Positions 15,779 to 28,253 of a stretch of DNA of 64,000 nt are shown here, one piece after another (position 1 is the stretch's first letter; each line of letters begins with the position of its first letter). Position numbers and translations under genes: made by a program. The notes under the pieces are model-generated. The model saw only the letters and a list, made by a program, of their open reading frames with translations, did no database searches and was not told where the DNA came from. This DNA comes from Eledone cirrhosa. Lineage: Eukaryota. The stretch lies in the NCBI GenBank assembly GCA_964016885.1, contig OZ024742.1, positions 213,776,001 through 213,840,000 on the forward strand, read 5' to 3'.

Positions 15779-15957
15779 CACCATATCTGGAAGATACGGG
15801 GTTCAATTCGTCATCGCCGCCGATAGCAACATCTTTTCACGTCCTTTTAAGGGTTTTCACCCCATTTTATAAGCTATCTTTATAGCATTTCTGCGCTTGA
15901 GCACTTTCATTATACTTATTTGTATCTATATTCATTTTATTAAAGGTGAATAGTGAG

Positions 15958-16007
15958 TCTTGTTACTCCGCAGTTTCACCTGTTTATCACAGGATCATCA
16001 GACAAGA
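15958..16007 (-). ncRNA. Type I hammerhead ribozyme
   Basis: TCTTGT-CTGATGA-t CCTG tgataaa CAGG t-GAAA-CT gcgg AG-TA-ACAAGA, with a GUA triplet. Confidence 0.8.
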
Positions 16008-16678
16008 ACTAACGTTTCAAAGGAAGACTTGAAGTCGGGTAGGAGGATTTAATTGAGAAGGGGTAATTAAGATAGGATGTCCAGGGTGTTGGTGGCAGTA
16101 GGGGAGGATAAGGCTGTGTGAAAGAAGGCAATAAAGGGTGGTAGGCATAGCCGTAGAATGTTAACCGTTCAATGGGCATTGTCATAGAATTTTAACTAGT
16201 CAGTGAGAGGTACGTGTATAGTGGTTAGAGAAAAGGTTGGTCGTGTTGGCAGGATAAAGTGGTCGATGGAATATACATATGTACACAATTACACGCAAAC
16301 ATATCTATACATGCATGCATCTGAATCCACATATAGAGGTGCTATGTGTGAATAAATATACATACACAAACACAACTATACTTATAAAATTTATTTAAGG
16401 AAATATATAAAAAGTTATAAAAAATTTATAAAACTAATAAAAGATTTAAAAAAAATATATATATATCCACAAACACATACAAGATACATATACGAGCATG
16501 TAAATCTAAACATACGTATATATATACATACAACAGGCACACACACATATACATATAAAACTCCAGAGTAACAAGTCTCACTATTCAGCCTTAATAATTT
16601 GAATATTAAAACTGTACTTCGGTATTGAGTACTCCTTTCTCTCAGCCGTCTATCACATACGGATATGTAAATGAAGCC

Positions 16679-16769
16679 TTCCTTGACAAGTTGATCGGCC
16701 TCACAACAATAGTGCATATCTATAATGTACAATTGTTGCATACGGATCAGCGAAACTGTACAGTCGGGA
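16679..16769 (+). ncRNA. Decayed hammerhead with extended stem II
   Basis: TTCC-TTGACAA (2 transitions from CTGACGA)-GTTGATC...GATCAGC-GAAA-CTGTACAG-TC-GGGA, with a GUC triplet. Confidence 0.5.
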
Positions 16770-16823
16770 CTTTGAAGAAAAAATAGGTATATTTTGTCTA
16801 TTATTTCCTCTTATTTTATAATT

Positions 16824-16916
<93 letters not shown>

Positions 16917-16919
<3 letters not shown>

Positions 16920-17110
16920 CGAAGGAAATGTGGTAAGGAACCAGGTGGACCATAACGCACCAAAGTACTCAATACTTAGGGTAGTAGAGTGGGTAATAGG
17001 AACAAGTAAGACCCCGACGGCTGAGCTCAAGCCGTTTCGACGGCTAATTCTGTACTGAATTAGCCATCGAAACGGCTTGAGCTCAGCCGTCGGGGTCTTA
17101 CTTGTTCCTA
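16917..17110. mobile_element. Hairpin element (~54-bp arms plus ~80-bp tail) in (TA)n
   Basis: Hairpin at 16997-17110. An inverted second copy lies at 60471-60665. Confidence 0.75.
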
Positions 17111-17220
17111 TATATATATATATATATATATGCGTGTGTGTGTTTGTGTGTGTACATATGATATATGTACACATACACTCTCATTCTTATACTGTTTATT
17201 AGTCCGTTTTTTTTAATTGA

Positions 17221-17472
17221 TTACGGCCATCCTACCAGGGTTTTACTCTCCTTCGACGCAGCCCCTGCAGGCAGGAAGAGCCCCCACACCAGATGGCTGG
17301 AGGTCATTAGGGAAGATCTCCGGAGGCTCGACATCACCTTGGAGGAGCTGGCACGGGACCGCCAGCGATAGAGGGTGCTGTTGGACCTAGTCGGTTCTAC
17401 GCACAACGATGCTTTGTGATCGCTGGCTTAGGATGACCCTGGCCTCGACGTGTAAGAGCAAGAAGAAGAAGA
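17221..17472 (+). mobile_element. RTE-like LINE 3' fragment with (GAA)n tail
   Basis: GC-rich. Encodes HPTRVLL...P.TRWLEVIREDL...LARDR, typical of an RTE C-terminus. Confidence 0.6.
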
Positions 17473-17920
17473 CGGCAATGCTTCGCCATCGACTTCAGGG
17501 ATTTTGGTTGATCACATCGACCTCATTATAAATTGCATGTGAGTTCTTATTTTACCGACATTGAGGGTGCAACTAGATTCAAACACACACACACACACAA
17601 ACAGTAACTCGCTTTATAGGTTGGTGTAATAAACACACTAAACCTGCAACATAAACAGCTGTTATTAATAACACCCCTCCTCTCTCGGTATACACACACA
17701 CACACACACATACACACACACACACATACACACATATATATATATATATATAGATAGATAGATAAATATACACGGGTGTGTATGATTGTGTATAGAAGAT
17801 TATATTAATAAGAGGAATTCCAACTTTGTCTGATTTACTCGTTTTATTTACAATCCTTTAAAATTTATAATGGTATTATAATGAAATAGTACGATAGAAT
17901 ATTAAATTCTAAGTGTTAAT

Positions 17921-17959
17921 TGAACAAGTACTTTCATGCTTTCGCAATCTTCAGGTTCA
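17921..17959 (-). ncRNA. Mirror hammerhead in the left arm of the same palindrome
   Basis: Exact reverse complement of 18033-18071. Confidence 0.7.
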
Positions 17960-18032
17960 TAATGTGTTGTGACAGTCAAGTTTGCAATTTTCAACAGTTG
18001 AAAATTGCAAACTTGACTGTCACCACATATTA

Positions 18033-18071
18033 TGAACCTGAAGATTGCGAAAGCATGAAAGTACTTGTTCA
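18033..18071 (+). ncRNA. Minimal type I hammerhead ribozyme in the right arm of a palindrome
   Basis: TGAAC-CTGAAGA-t TGC gaaa GCA t-GAAA-GTAC-TT-GTTCA, with palindromic AAGTACTT. Confidence 0.7.
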
Positions 18072-18183
18072 ATTAACACTTAGAATTTAATATTCTATCG
18101 TACTATTTCATTATAATACCATTATAAATTTTAAAGGATTGTAAATAAAACGAGTAAATCAGACAAAGTTGGAATTCCTCTTA

Positions 18184-18254
<71 letters not shown>

Positions 18255-18395
18255 CCATGTATACGTTTGTGTTTGTCTCTACATTTATGTCTAGGAAAAT
18301 AGCGGTTCGACAAAAAGCGATCGATGAAATAAGTTCTGGTAGTCGATATGCTCGACCAGATCAAAGTGGTGCCTCTAAATGATCACACTCGAATC

Positions 18396-18541
18396 TAGTC
18401 ATGGGCAAACAGCGGCTCATTTGGCTTTCTGAATGGTACACCTAATTACAAAATTGCTTTGAATTTTAAAGTAGTGCGGCCCGCTTTATGATGAGCAACT
18501 TCCTATGCGGCCCTCTGCTCGATAAAGTTTGCCCATTCCTG
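18396..18541. mobile_element. hAT-type MITE
   Basis: Imperfect TIRs catgggcaaac / gtttgcccatt, with internal gcggccc motifs. Confidence 0.55.
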
Positions 18542-19174
18542 CTCTAATCACTGAAACCATAAAAGCGTGTGCGTGCATGTGTGTGTGTTGTGTGTATGTG
18601 TGCACGTGCATATGTATCAGCATGTGAATACTCTAAAGGACTTTACTGGTGGCTAGGCTTGTGGAATATTTGACGTTCAGACCTTCCCAAAATAAACTTA
18701 AGAAAACCAAAGAAATTTCAAGGACTGAACCAAGAAACAATGGATGGTTGCTTGCTAGCCATACTACTCAGCTCGTCGACATATCATCATCCTTAAAGTA
18801 TTGTGTTTTCAGCATCAATCAGTTGTACAATGGTTAAAATTCTATGTCTACTGCTAAGCCAAATCTTGTTGCCATGGTAACTGTAGAGAGACGTGGGAGT
18901 ATGAGAGCTGTTAGGAGATGGCGATCTGTCTGATTTCAATATCATTATTACAAATTGTCAGAATGTCGCTAAGATGGAAGACAAATATGAGACAGATTGA
19001 TAGATAGAGTGAAGGAGTGAGAAAGAATGGGAGAAAGAACGGGAGAGAAAAATACAGTGAGAAAGAAATGCACTCACATATGTATATATGTATATGTATA
19101 CGTATGTATGTACGTTTGTATGTATGTACGTTTGTATGTATGTATGTATGTACGTTTGTATGTTATCTCTTTCT

Positions 19175-19505
19175 CTTAATTTCGAGTATATTTTTTTGAT
19201 CGGCCACCTTTTTGGTGGCAAGGTTGTAAAAGAAAAGAAATTGTCATTCCTTGAATCGCAAGAATGTTTTGCAAATTTTGACGGCGCTAGCTATCGCAGC
19301 CATTTGTAGACTATGAATTAGGGAGCTGCGCTCTTTGTCCGCAAATCCAAGTTCAGTCATACTTTGGTCCAAGCTGGTTGGTATATAACCCGTAGCTCCA
19401 ATAATGATGGGTATGAAGCTAAAGGTGTATCTTGGATACTGGATTTTTCTGACAACGTTTACATCAAGTGGGCAGCTGGTCTCCACAACAGAACACGTTT
19501 TTAAT
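19175..19505 (-). mobile_element. 3' fragment of an RLE (R4-type) LINE between (TATG)n tracts
   Basis: Encodes CSVVETSCP...YTFSFIPIIIGATG...VKICKTF, homologous to the C-terminus of ORF 47874-48668. Confidence 0.8.
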
Positions 19506-20074
19506 GTGTATGTATGTATGTATGTATGTATGTATGTATGTATGTATGTATGTATGTATGTATGTATGTATGTATGCATGCATGCATGCATGCATGCATG
19601 TATGTATGTATGTATGTATGTATGTATGTATGTATGTATGTATGTATGTATGTTTGTATGTCTGTATGTATGTATGTATGTATGTATGTATGTTTATATA
19701 TTTATATATTAGAATTAGTGCTCTGGAATAGCGATATATATATGAATGTATATATAGTGTATTTTGAAATACACTGTATGCTTAATTAAAAGCATTTCGA
19801 AGACCTTACGCTGTTGTTTTAGAGTAGTGACAGTCTCACTTACTTTAATTTTCAGCAAACAGGGGAGATAAAGCTGACAGAGCTCTGTTTCTCACTTTTT
19901 GGTGCTTATCAAAGCTAAGTACTCCACCTCTTTGCTGAAAATCATGAATGTTTGATTCTTATAGAATTCTAGTAATAATCAGGAACTGATTATACAGAGC
20001 GGTTGCCGGTGAAGCAGAAATATACCCATATATATATATATATATATATAATTATATACATGCGTACGTACGTA

Positions 20075-20136
<62 letters not shown>

Positions 20137-20329
20137 AAAACAAATAATAGAAAGGAAAAAGAATTTTTCAGTAGTAAATGCTGAAGAGATTCTTTCAAGG
20201 TAATATCAAAACAATTTATTTACAAAATGGATATTTCCGCACTTAATACACCGGTTTCAGCATTATATGCATTGTGAATTGCGGATATGCATAATATTGT
20301 TAAGTTGCATATTTATACAAATAATAATA

Positions 20330-20545
20330 ATGATTTCTACTATAGGCACAAGGCCCGTAATTTGGCGGAAGGGAAAAGTCGATTATATCGACCCCAGTAC
20401 ATTACTGGTGCTTTATTTTATCGACTCCGTAAGGATGAAAGGCAAAGCTAACCTCAGCAGGATTAGAACTCAGACCGTAAAGGGACGTAACTCTATGCTG
20501 CAAAGCATGGTGTCCCACTCTCTACCGATACTGCCAATCCATCGC
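20330..20545 (-). mobile_element. tRNA-derived SINE with ~20-bp TSD
   Basis: Same family. catatttatacaaataataat occurs at 20308-20328 and 20546-20566. Confidence 0.8.
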
Positions 20546-20593
20546 CATATTTATACAAATAATAATGCTAATAATAATAATAATAATAATAAT

Positions 20594-23500
20594 AGTAAAC
20601 ATCCCGAAAACAGAGGCTATATTGACAGCAACAAACTAGCCAATATACGAAGAAATATTGTAAAAAAAAAGTTACTAACTGATATAGAAATTGATCAGAT
20701 CAAGCTATTAGCACAAAGTCAGCGAAGGGAAAATGAAACATGTGTCAGTGAAAACGAGGTAAATTGTAACACTTCGAATCCCAGAGTTGGGGCGGAATCA
20801 CTGACAACAGAACAAATTAAAGAAAGGATTGAAAAAGTGGAGGGAGTGCATGCTCAAGATGAAACTCCAAATGAAAACAATGAGATCGTAAATGATAAAG
20901 AAATGAATGAGAATGAACTTGCCAACTTGAAGGATGAAATTATGATCGAATGGATGAAAATGAAAGAATCTGACATGGGGGAACGAGACACCCTCCCTAA
21001 GATCCAGAACTCCAAACAGAACCAAAAGATAATACACAAGACTAACATAATTATCAAAAACATTATCATCACAAACAAACTAAAAATTACTGATTTAAAT
21101 CATCTCTATTATGCATCGGCTAAAGTAACCACTAACTTATGTGGAGTGAAGATGAAAAAACAAAGGAATTCCCACAAGAAATCTACTTGGCAAGAGAACA
21201 TCAATCGCCAAATAAACCTTCTCCGATCTGACATAGAAATTTTAACAAACTATAAAGTAGGTGAACATGTTAAACAAACTAAACTTAAAAAATTGAAAAG
21301 AAAGTACAGTATAAAACCAACAAGTGACATAGGCATGCTGATAGAAATAATCAAGCAAAAAGTGTCGGCCAAAGCTGCTCGTATAAGGCGCTTTGAAAAA
21401 CGATCTAGATTCTATAAGGACAATAATATGTTCAAAACCAACCAAAGAAACTTCTACAGAAAAATTGGTAAGTCAACAATAACTGCTAAATCAATACCAC
21501 CCAAGGAGGAAGTGCAAGACTACTGGGAAAAGATCTGGGCCGAAGAAAAAGTTCATAATATACATGCCCCATGGATAGACAGACAAATGAAAGATACAGC
21601 TCACCTTGAGGAACAAATATGGGAAATATAACAGTTGAACAGTTGCGTTTGGCTCTAAGAAAAACCAGCAAATGGAAATCCCCAGGAAAAGACAAAATAC
21701 AAAATTTTTGGATAAATGCCTTCACAGAGTCTCATGAGCTGTTAGCCCAACTTTACAATGAAATAGTTAAGGAGCCAAAAAAGATACCATCATGGCTAGT
21801 TAACGGCATTACATTCCTGCTTCCGAAGAATGATGAGACAAACAATCCCCAAAATTACAGACCGATAACTTGCTTGACAACAATGTATAAAATTTTAACA
21901 TCAGTCCTAACTGAATATACATATGACCACCTGATAACAAATGACCTATTTCCCATTGAGCAGAAAGGGTGTAAACGAGGCTCATATGGCTGTAAGGATC
22001 AGCTTTTGGTTAACAAAATGATACTGGAAGATTGTCATAATAGACACAAAAATCTATCAATTGCTTGGATAGATTATAAAAAAGCATTCGATAGTTTGCC
22101 ACACAGTTGGATTGAAAAATGTTTAGAGATTTTCAAAATATCCCCCGTTGTCAGGAGGTTTTTGTCATTCAGTATGAAGACATGGAAAACTACACTTCTT
22201 TTGAATAGTGAAACAAAATCACTGGAAGCTGGAGAAGTTAATATTAATTGTGGAATTTTTCAGGGTGACTCTTTATCACCGCTTTTATTCTGCATCGCAC
22301 TTATACCATTAGGTAAAATGTTCAATGAAACAAAACATGGATATAAAGTTTATGACAAAACCATTAATCACTTGTTCTACATGGATGACCTGAAACTATT
22401 TGCAAAAAATGATGAACAATTGCAAGGGCTATTATCCACTGCGGGGCAGTTCAGTGATGACATTAAAATGGAGTTTGGACTAGATAAATGCGCCATAGCA
22501 ACGTTCACCAGAGGAAAGCTGCTGAAAAGTTCAGACATTAATCTTGATCGAGGGAATGTGATAAGAGAACTTGATCAAGAGGAAACTTACAAATATCTAG
22601 GTGTTTGTGAAGGAGACGGAATCAAGCACTCGACAATGAGGGGAAAGGATAAGGAAGGAATGTTACCGCAGAGTAAGAGCAATCTTAAGAACGGAATTGA
22701 AAGCAAGGATTAGGATCGATGCTATAAACACGCTTGCCATACCAGTAGTAACCTACAGTTACAATGTCATCAACTGGTCAAGCACAGAGATCCGTAGGCT
22801 CGACACAAAAATTCGAAAATTCTTAACCATGCACAGAATGCATCACCCTAAGGCAGATACAGATAGAATATATCTCTCTAGGAAAGAAGGAGGACGTGGG
22901 TTAATCCAGTTAGACATTGCGCTGAAAACTGCAACAATTGGATTATCTACATATCTAAGGGAATCACATGATTGGATGATCAAACTCGTCTTGAAACACG
23001 AAAGCACCAAAAGATCATACTCCATTACAAAGGATGCACAAAGATACAGTAATGGACTACACATTTCAGAAGTCCCATTTACTGCTGAAATGGAAAACAC
23101 AGAAAAAGCAAAGCAGGTAAAAGTAACTGCAAAGAAAGAACTGCTACAGAAACTGGCTAAGAAATGGCAAGAAAAGCCTCTGTATGGAAAATACCCAGAA
23201 CGAGCTAACAATCCTGATGTTGACAAAACTTTAACCCATCAGTGGTTGGCATCCTCTGGACTGAAATCGGAGACTGAAGGACTGATTATATCAGCACAAG
23301 ATCAGTGTCTGCCAACAAAAAATTACCAAGCCAACATAATAAAAAATGGATGCAGCCCATTATGCCGTGTATGTAAAAAACAACCAGAGACCATTGACCA
23401 TATAATTTCAATGTGCAGTCCTATAGCTGCAACCGAATACCTAAACAGGCATGACAGAGCTGCACAATACATACATTGGATAATGTGTAAGCATTTTGAC

Positions 23501-24085
23501 CTGCCCCATCAAAAGAATTGGTGGGAGCATCAACCACCTCCCATACTTGAAAAAGATCACATCTCAATCTTGTGGAACTTTAGCATCCAAACAGACCGAA
23601 AAATAGATGCAAATAGACCTGAGATAATATTGAAGGACTTTAAAAAGAGGGTATGCCTGCTAATTGATATGTCCGTTCCAATAGACAAGAATGTATCTAT
23701 AAAAACATTTGAAAAATTGAGCAAGTATAAGGACCTGGAGATAGAAATTGGAAAAATGTGGAAATTGAGAACAAAAACAATACCAGTGGTTGTAGGCGCT
23801 CTAGGAATGATACCTAAGGGGTCTAATGATTACTCATCGCAAATCCCAGGAAACCCGCGTATACAAAAATTGTACTATGGGAACTGCCCATATACTAAGG
23901 AAGATTCTGTCAATATAAGTACATCACAAGTCTAAACACTAAAGATGGATGTGTGAGTATGTATGTTCTTTCTTGAACATGGCGGACCTTGTTGTCTCTT
24001 GAGGTCACTGGTTGTGACTTGCTGATAACTCGTATGAACATAAAGCAAGATAAATGCAGCTGTAATAATAATAATGATAATAATG
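20594..24085 (+). mobile_element. R4/Dong-type RLE non-LTR retrotransposon, 5'-truncated and frameshifted, in a (TAA)n tract
   Basis: Three ORF pieces (to 21631; 21619-22713; 22697-23935). They carry RT motifs RPITCL, IDYKKAFDS, GIFQGDSLSP and HLFYMDDLKL, a CCHC knuckle CRVC..HIISMC and RLE motifs RHD..RPEII..IDMSVP..K..KY. (TAA)n flanks both ends. Confidence 0.9.
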
Positions 24086-27000
24086 ATTTCTTCATTAACC
24101 ACAAGGGTTTATATAAAGTAGACATTAAGGACAGTGCAGGACAATACAGGACGGTACAAATGGGCATTTCTGCGTGTAAAAAACAAAAACAGAGGATGTA
24201 ACAAAAAATAACAAAGAAAAATTCCCCAATAGGGGGGATACTTCGGAGGGACATTTGTGGAGAAAGCCCAGTAAAAGGCCACAGTGACCCTGACCACCAA
24301 GGCAAGTGTCCTCTCCCAGTTTTCCACCTTTAATTTACAGATACGTACTCAGAGTAGGCCCATTCACTCGGGCCATACTTGCCTCTCTCACCCATCTTTC
24401 AACAAAATGCTGGGAAGAGAGCAGTTCCCTCTCTACTCTGATTTTCCTTTTCAAATGAAATTTGAAAAAGTCAATCAGGGCATCACCGAAGAGGTAAGTG
24501 CTCATCTTCAGCCCTTTCAAACGTGTCCACCATACTATCTCTTTCGCCATGGCCACCAGACAGATAAAAACTGCCTGCCCTTCCCAGCTAAAGGAAGAGG
24601 GCGGGGCAATCCTCACGATGGACTCAGATGATAGCCGCATCCGTCCTACGCGCGACAGCAGCTGTTCGACATAAACCCACAAGTCAGCAATTTTCGGACA
24701 CTGGACGAGTGCGTGCAGGACGGTTTCGTCGCCCTGCGCGCATTTCGGACATGCCCGACTGACGGCACCTCCATGCCTGTAGAGTTTATCCCGAACTGGC
24801 AAGGCTCCTCGGTAGCACTGCCAGGCCAGAGATTTCTGGAAGTTGTCCATTGATCCCGGCCCGAAAGTTCTTCCGAAGAGATTGGCTAGTTGATTTTCGT
24901 CGACGCCTAGAGTTTCCCCAAGTACGTCGTCGCTCTTCCCCTCCACTAATCCTCTATAGAACGCCGAGGTGGAGTTTCCACCGATCACATTGCCCGATTG
25001 GTCGAGGGCTGTGAGCGCCTGAAGACATTCCAGTCTCCACGCGCTCCCTCTCGGTCTTCGCTTGACCCAGGACTGCAGCTCGGTCAAGGAAACGAGCTGG
25101 GGAAATACGTGTCTAGCAAACGGCGACCACACCTGATCACCGCCGAGGAAGAGGTGGAGATGTCGTAGCCTGAGCGCGTGTCTGCGCATCATCAGCCACG
25201 GCATGCCCAGCCCTCCACGTAGCGGGTGTTGACAACAGATGAACCGCCTGACCATCGGAGCGCGTCCCTTCCACAAAAGGCAAAAGAGCAAACGCTCCAG
25301 CGCAGTCAGGCGAGGCTTAGGACAAGGTACGATTGTCAGGCGGTAGCAGATGACAGACGCGATGTACGCGTTAGCCACCTCCGCTCGACCTTTCAGGGAT
25401 AGCTTCCTCTCCGCCCATTTCTGAGTGAGAGAAGCCACCCTGTTCGTCACCTCGTCCCAGTTTTTGTCCGTCTGGAGGTCCGGACCGAACCAGACCCCTA
25501 GCAATTTAATCGGTCCGTCCGTCCAGCGTCCGACGACGCTGTTGGACGGCATGGACCTGCCTCTCCAGGTGCCGAGCTGCAGGGCTACTGACTTTTCCTG
25601 GTTGATCATTACTCCTGTCACCGCTTCGTATTCTCTTAGTGTAGTGCCGATCGCCTCGATGTGTTTGGCGTTCGACACCACTACTGTGACATCGTCCGCA
25701 TATGCTGACACGGATCTTCCGCATCCTAGTTCGCGCGGGACGCCCCTCAACGTCCCTAGTTTGTGCAGTAATGGCTCGAGAGTCAATACGTACAAGAGGG
25801 ACGAGAGGGGACATCCTTGGTGGACCGAGCGCATGATGTTGAACGGTTCCGAAAGGTGATCGTTCACTCTCACCATAGAGAAGATGTCGCTGTGCATGGC
25901 AGCGATCCAGCCTCTGAAGACGGGCCCAAAGCCCGCCGCCCTCAGGATTACCGCTAGGTAACGATGGTCGACCCTATCGAAAGCTTTCGACTGATCTAAA
26001 TTGATCAAAGACCCACCCGTGCCAGGTTCCCTAGCTACCCTATCTACGATGTATTGCATGAGGTGGAGGTTGTCGTGGATGGATCTGTCGGGAATGGCGC
26101 ATGTCTGCGCCTCTCCCACCAGACCACCAACGACAAGCGCCAACCTCTTTGCTAGCACCTTGTCCAAAATCTTGAACTGTGTGTTTAGCAGAGTTATGGG
26201 CCTGAAATTATCTATGTTATCCCCCTTGTTCGGATCCTTTCTCAGCAGCGCCACAACTCCTCGGCTCACAGAGCTAGGAATTCTCCCGTTCTGTTGCCAC
26301 TTGCAGTAGACATCCGCCAAGAGGCCTCCGAACAAGTCTGGCATCTGTTCGTAAAGTTCATAGGGCAGACCATCCAAATCAGGCGATTTACCCCATGTGC
26401 AGCCAGTCATTGCCTCCCGTACTTCAGCGGTTGTTATCGGCTTTTCGCAACACTCCGCCTCAGTGGCCGAGAGCCGCGGCAGTCCGTCGAGGTAGACACT
26501 AAAGTCCATCCCTCAACCCGGCCCACCGCTGTCCCCGAACAGCTGAGCGAAGTGTCGCTGAAAAGCTTCACACATTTGCCCGGGATCGAGTAGCATGCGC
26601 CCGTAGTGGTCCACCAAAGACCGGAACGTGGCTTTGTTGCCACGACGCGCCTCCGCCACTCGGGCCCATTGAACGGCTTTTGTCCCCTCGTGTCTGAGAG
26701 CACGCACCCTTGTTCTGACAACGCAGCCTTCGTGCTTTGCATTGAAGAATTGGTCAAGGGCCAATTTTGCCGCAAGCACGTCGGTCGCAATGCCTTTGCT
26801 AAGCGCCTCGTCTAATTTTCTAACTAGTTCTCCCTCTGCTCTATTTTTCTCTATTGCTAAAGCCTTACTAAACCTAATCGATTCTATTCTAATCGCTCTT
26901 TTCAGAGCAAACCACCACTTGTTGTTGACGATGGCCCCCGTCAACGCCCGCTTAACTAGTTCGCTAATCCGGTCTCTGTAGGCCTTGCGCGCTGGTAAGG

Positions 27001-27720
27001 ACGCGTTTAGCTTCCAGTAGCCGGGTCCTCGTCTATGAAGCCTATCTAAATCAAGCACACAGATCACGAATTTGTGGTCCGTGTAGCTGACTATCTTGAA
27101 TTGTGGACAGCCTATGCTAGACCTATCTATTTCCCTACAAAATACTCTATCTAGATATGATCTGGATGACCCTATGCGATTTGTCCAAGTCCACATTGGC
27201 ACATTCGGGAAATCCAATCGGTACCTGTCAGACAGTTCAAAACGCCTGAGCAGGTTGGTGAGGCTCTTGAATCCTCCTCCCCTATCCGCTAATCCCACAC
27301 AGTCCCAGCGTGCATCTAAGATCCCGTTCCAGTCGCCCACTAACACTAAAGAGCGGGACGTTCCAAGAATGGTCTCCAGACGCCGGAAGAAATCAGGCCG
27401 CCCTGCTCCTGTCGGGGCATAGACGGCCACTAACCTGAAAGCTTGCCCGTCTCCGCTGGTCACGTCCAACACCACCAACTTACCTTCTGGGTCCAGGAAG
27501 ATGGCCCGTATGGCGAGATCCAAACCTCTCCGAAAAAGCACAGCAACTACTCCCCCCAATCCCGGACGGCTGGGAGATGCGTACACATCGTAGCCGCCGA
27601 AGATCGGTGCGAAGGCCCGTGCTTCGAAGATTCTGGTCTCGCTGATAGCCACTACATCTATGTTTAGTGACCTGAGGTCGTTGAGCAGGTGGCCCTGCTT
27701 CCATGACGACCCCAAGCCAC
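24086..27720 (-). mobile_element. Tx1/L1-clade LINE ORF2 (AP endonuclease + RT + C-terminal zinc finger), 5'-truncated, one in-frame stop
   Basis: ORF 27715-26513 has APE motifs (ISET, VYAP, VGDWN, YLDR, TDH, WKLN). ORF 26509-24335 is in the same frame after a single TGA and has RT motifs FRPITLLN, LDQSKAFDRV, QGCPLS and AYADD, plus CPKC..HALVQC. The 3' end abuts (ATT)n. Confidence 0.92.
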
Positions 27721-27916
27721 CCCGTAAGGATTAAAGGCAAAGTCAACCTCGGCGGGATTTGAACTCAGATAATAATAATAATAATAATTATTATTATTAT
27801 TATTATTTGTATAAATATGCAACTTAACAATATTATACATATCCGCAATTGACAATGCATATAATGCTGAAACCGGTGTATTAAATACGGAAATATCCAC
27901 TTTGTAAATAAATTAA

Positions 27917-28103
27917 TTGTTTTCACTTTTGGCACAAGGCCAGCAATTATCCAAGTGTATTACTGGTACTTTATTTTATCGACCCCGTAGGGATGAAAGG
28001 CAAAGTTAACCTCGGCGGGATTTGAACTCAGACCATAAAGGGCCGTAACTCTTTCTGCAAAGAATGGCGTCTGACCCTCTACCGATACTGCCAATACACC
28101 GCC
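27917..28103 (-). mobile_element. tRNA-derived SINE with ~17-bp TSD
   Basis: Same family. ctttgtaaataaattaa occurs at 27900-27916 and 28104-28120. Confidence 0.8.
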
Positions 28104-28222
28104 CTTTGTAAATAAATTAAATGTTTTGATATTACACTGAAAGAATCTCTTCAGAAAAAATCTTTTTCCTTTCTATTATTTGTTTTATATATATCAACTC
28201 GTGTGATACTTTTCTACATTCG

Positions 28223-28245
<23 letters not shown>

Positions 28246-28253
<8 letters not shown>

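Larger units (their letters stand above)
17771..18191. mobile_element. ~390-bp near-perfect palindromic element with two hammerheads
   Basis: Centre at 17996 with ~195-bp arms. A second copy lies at 44291-44671. Confidence 0.8.

Noticed and set aside
20267-20593. N-terminal part of ORF 20267-21631
   Set aside because: Reads through a SINE and (TAA)n. The LINE proper starts at ~20594.
27845-27890. TTGACAA-gcat/atgc-GAAACCGG hammerhead-like remnant
   Set aside because: Core has two changes, the cleavage base is G and stem I is not adjacent.
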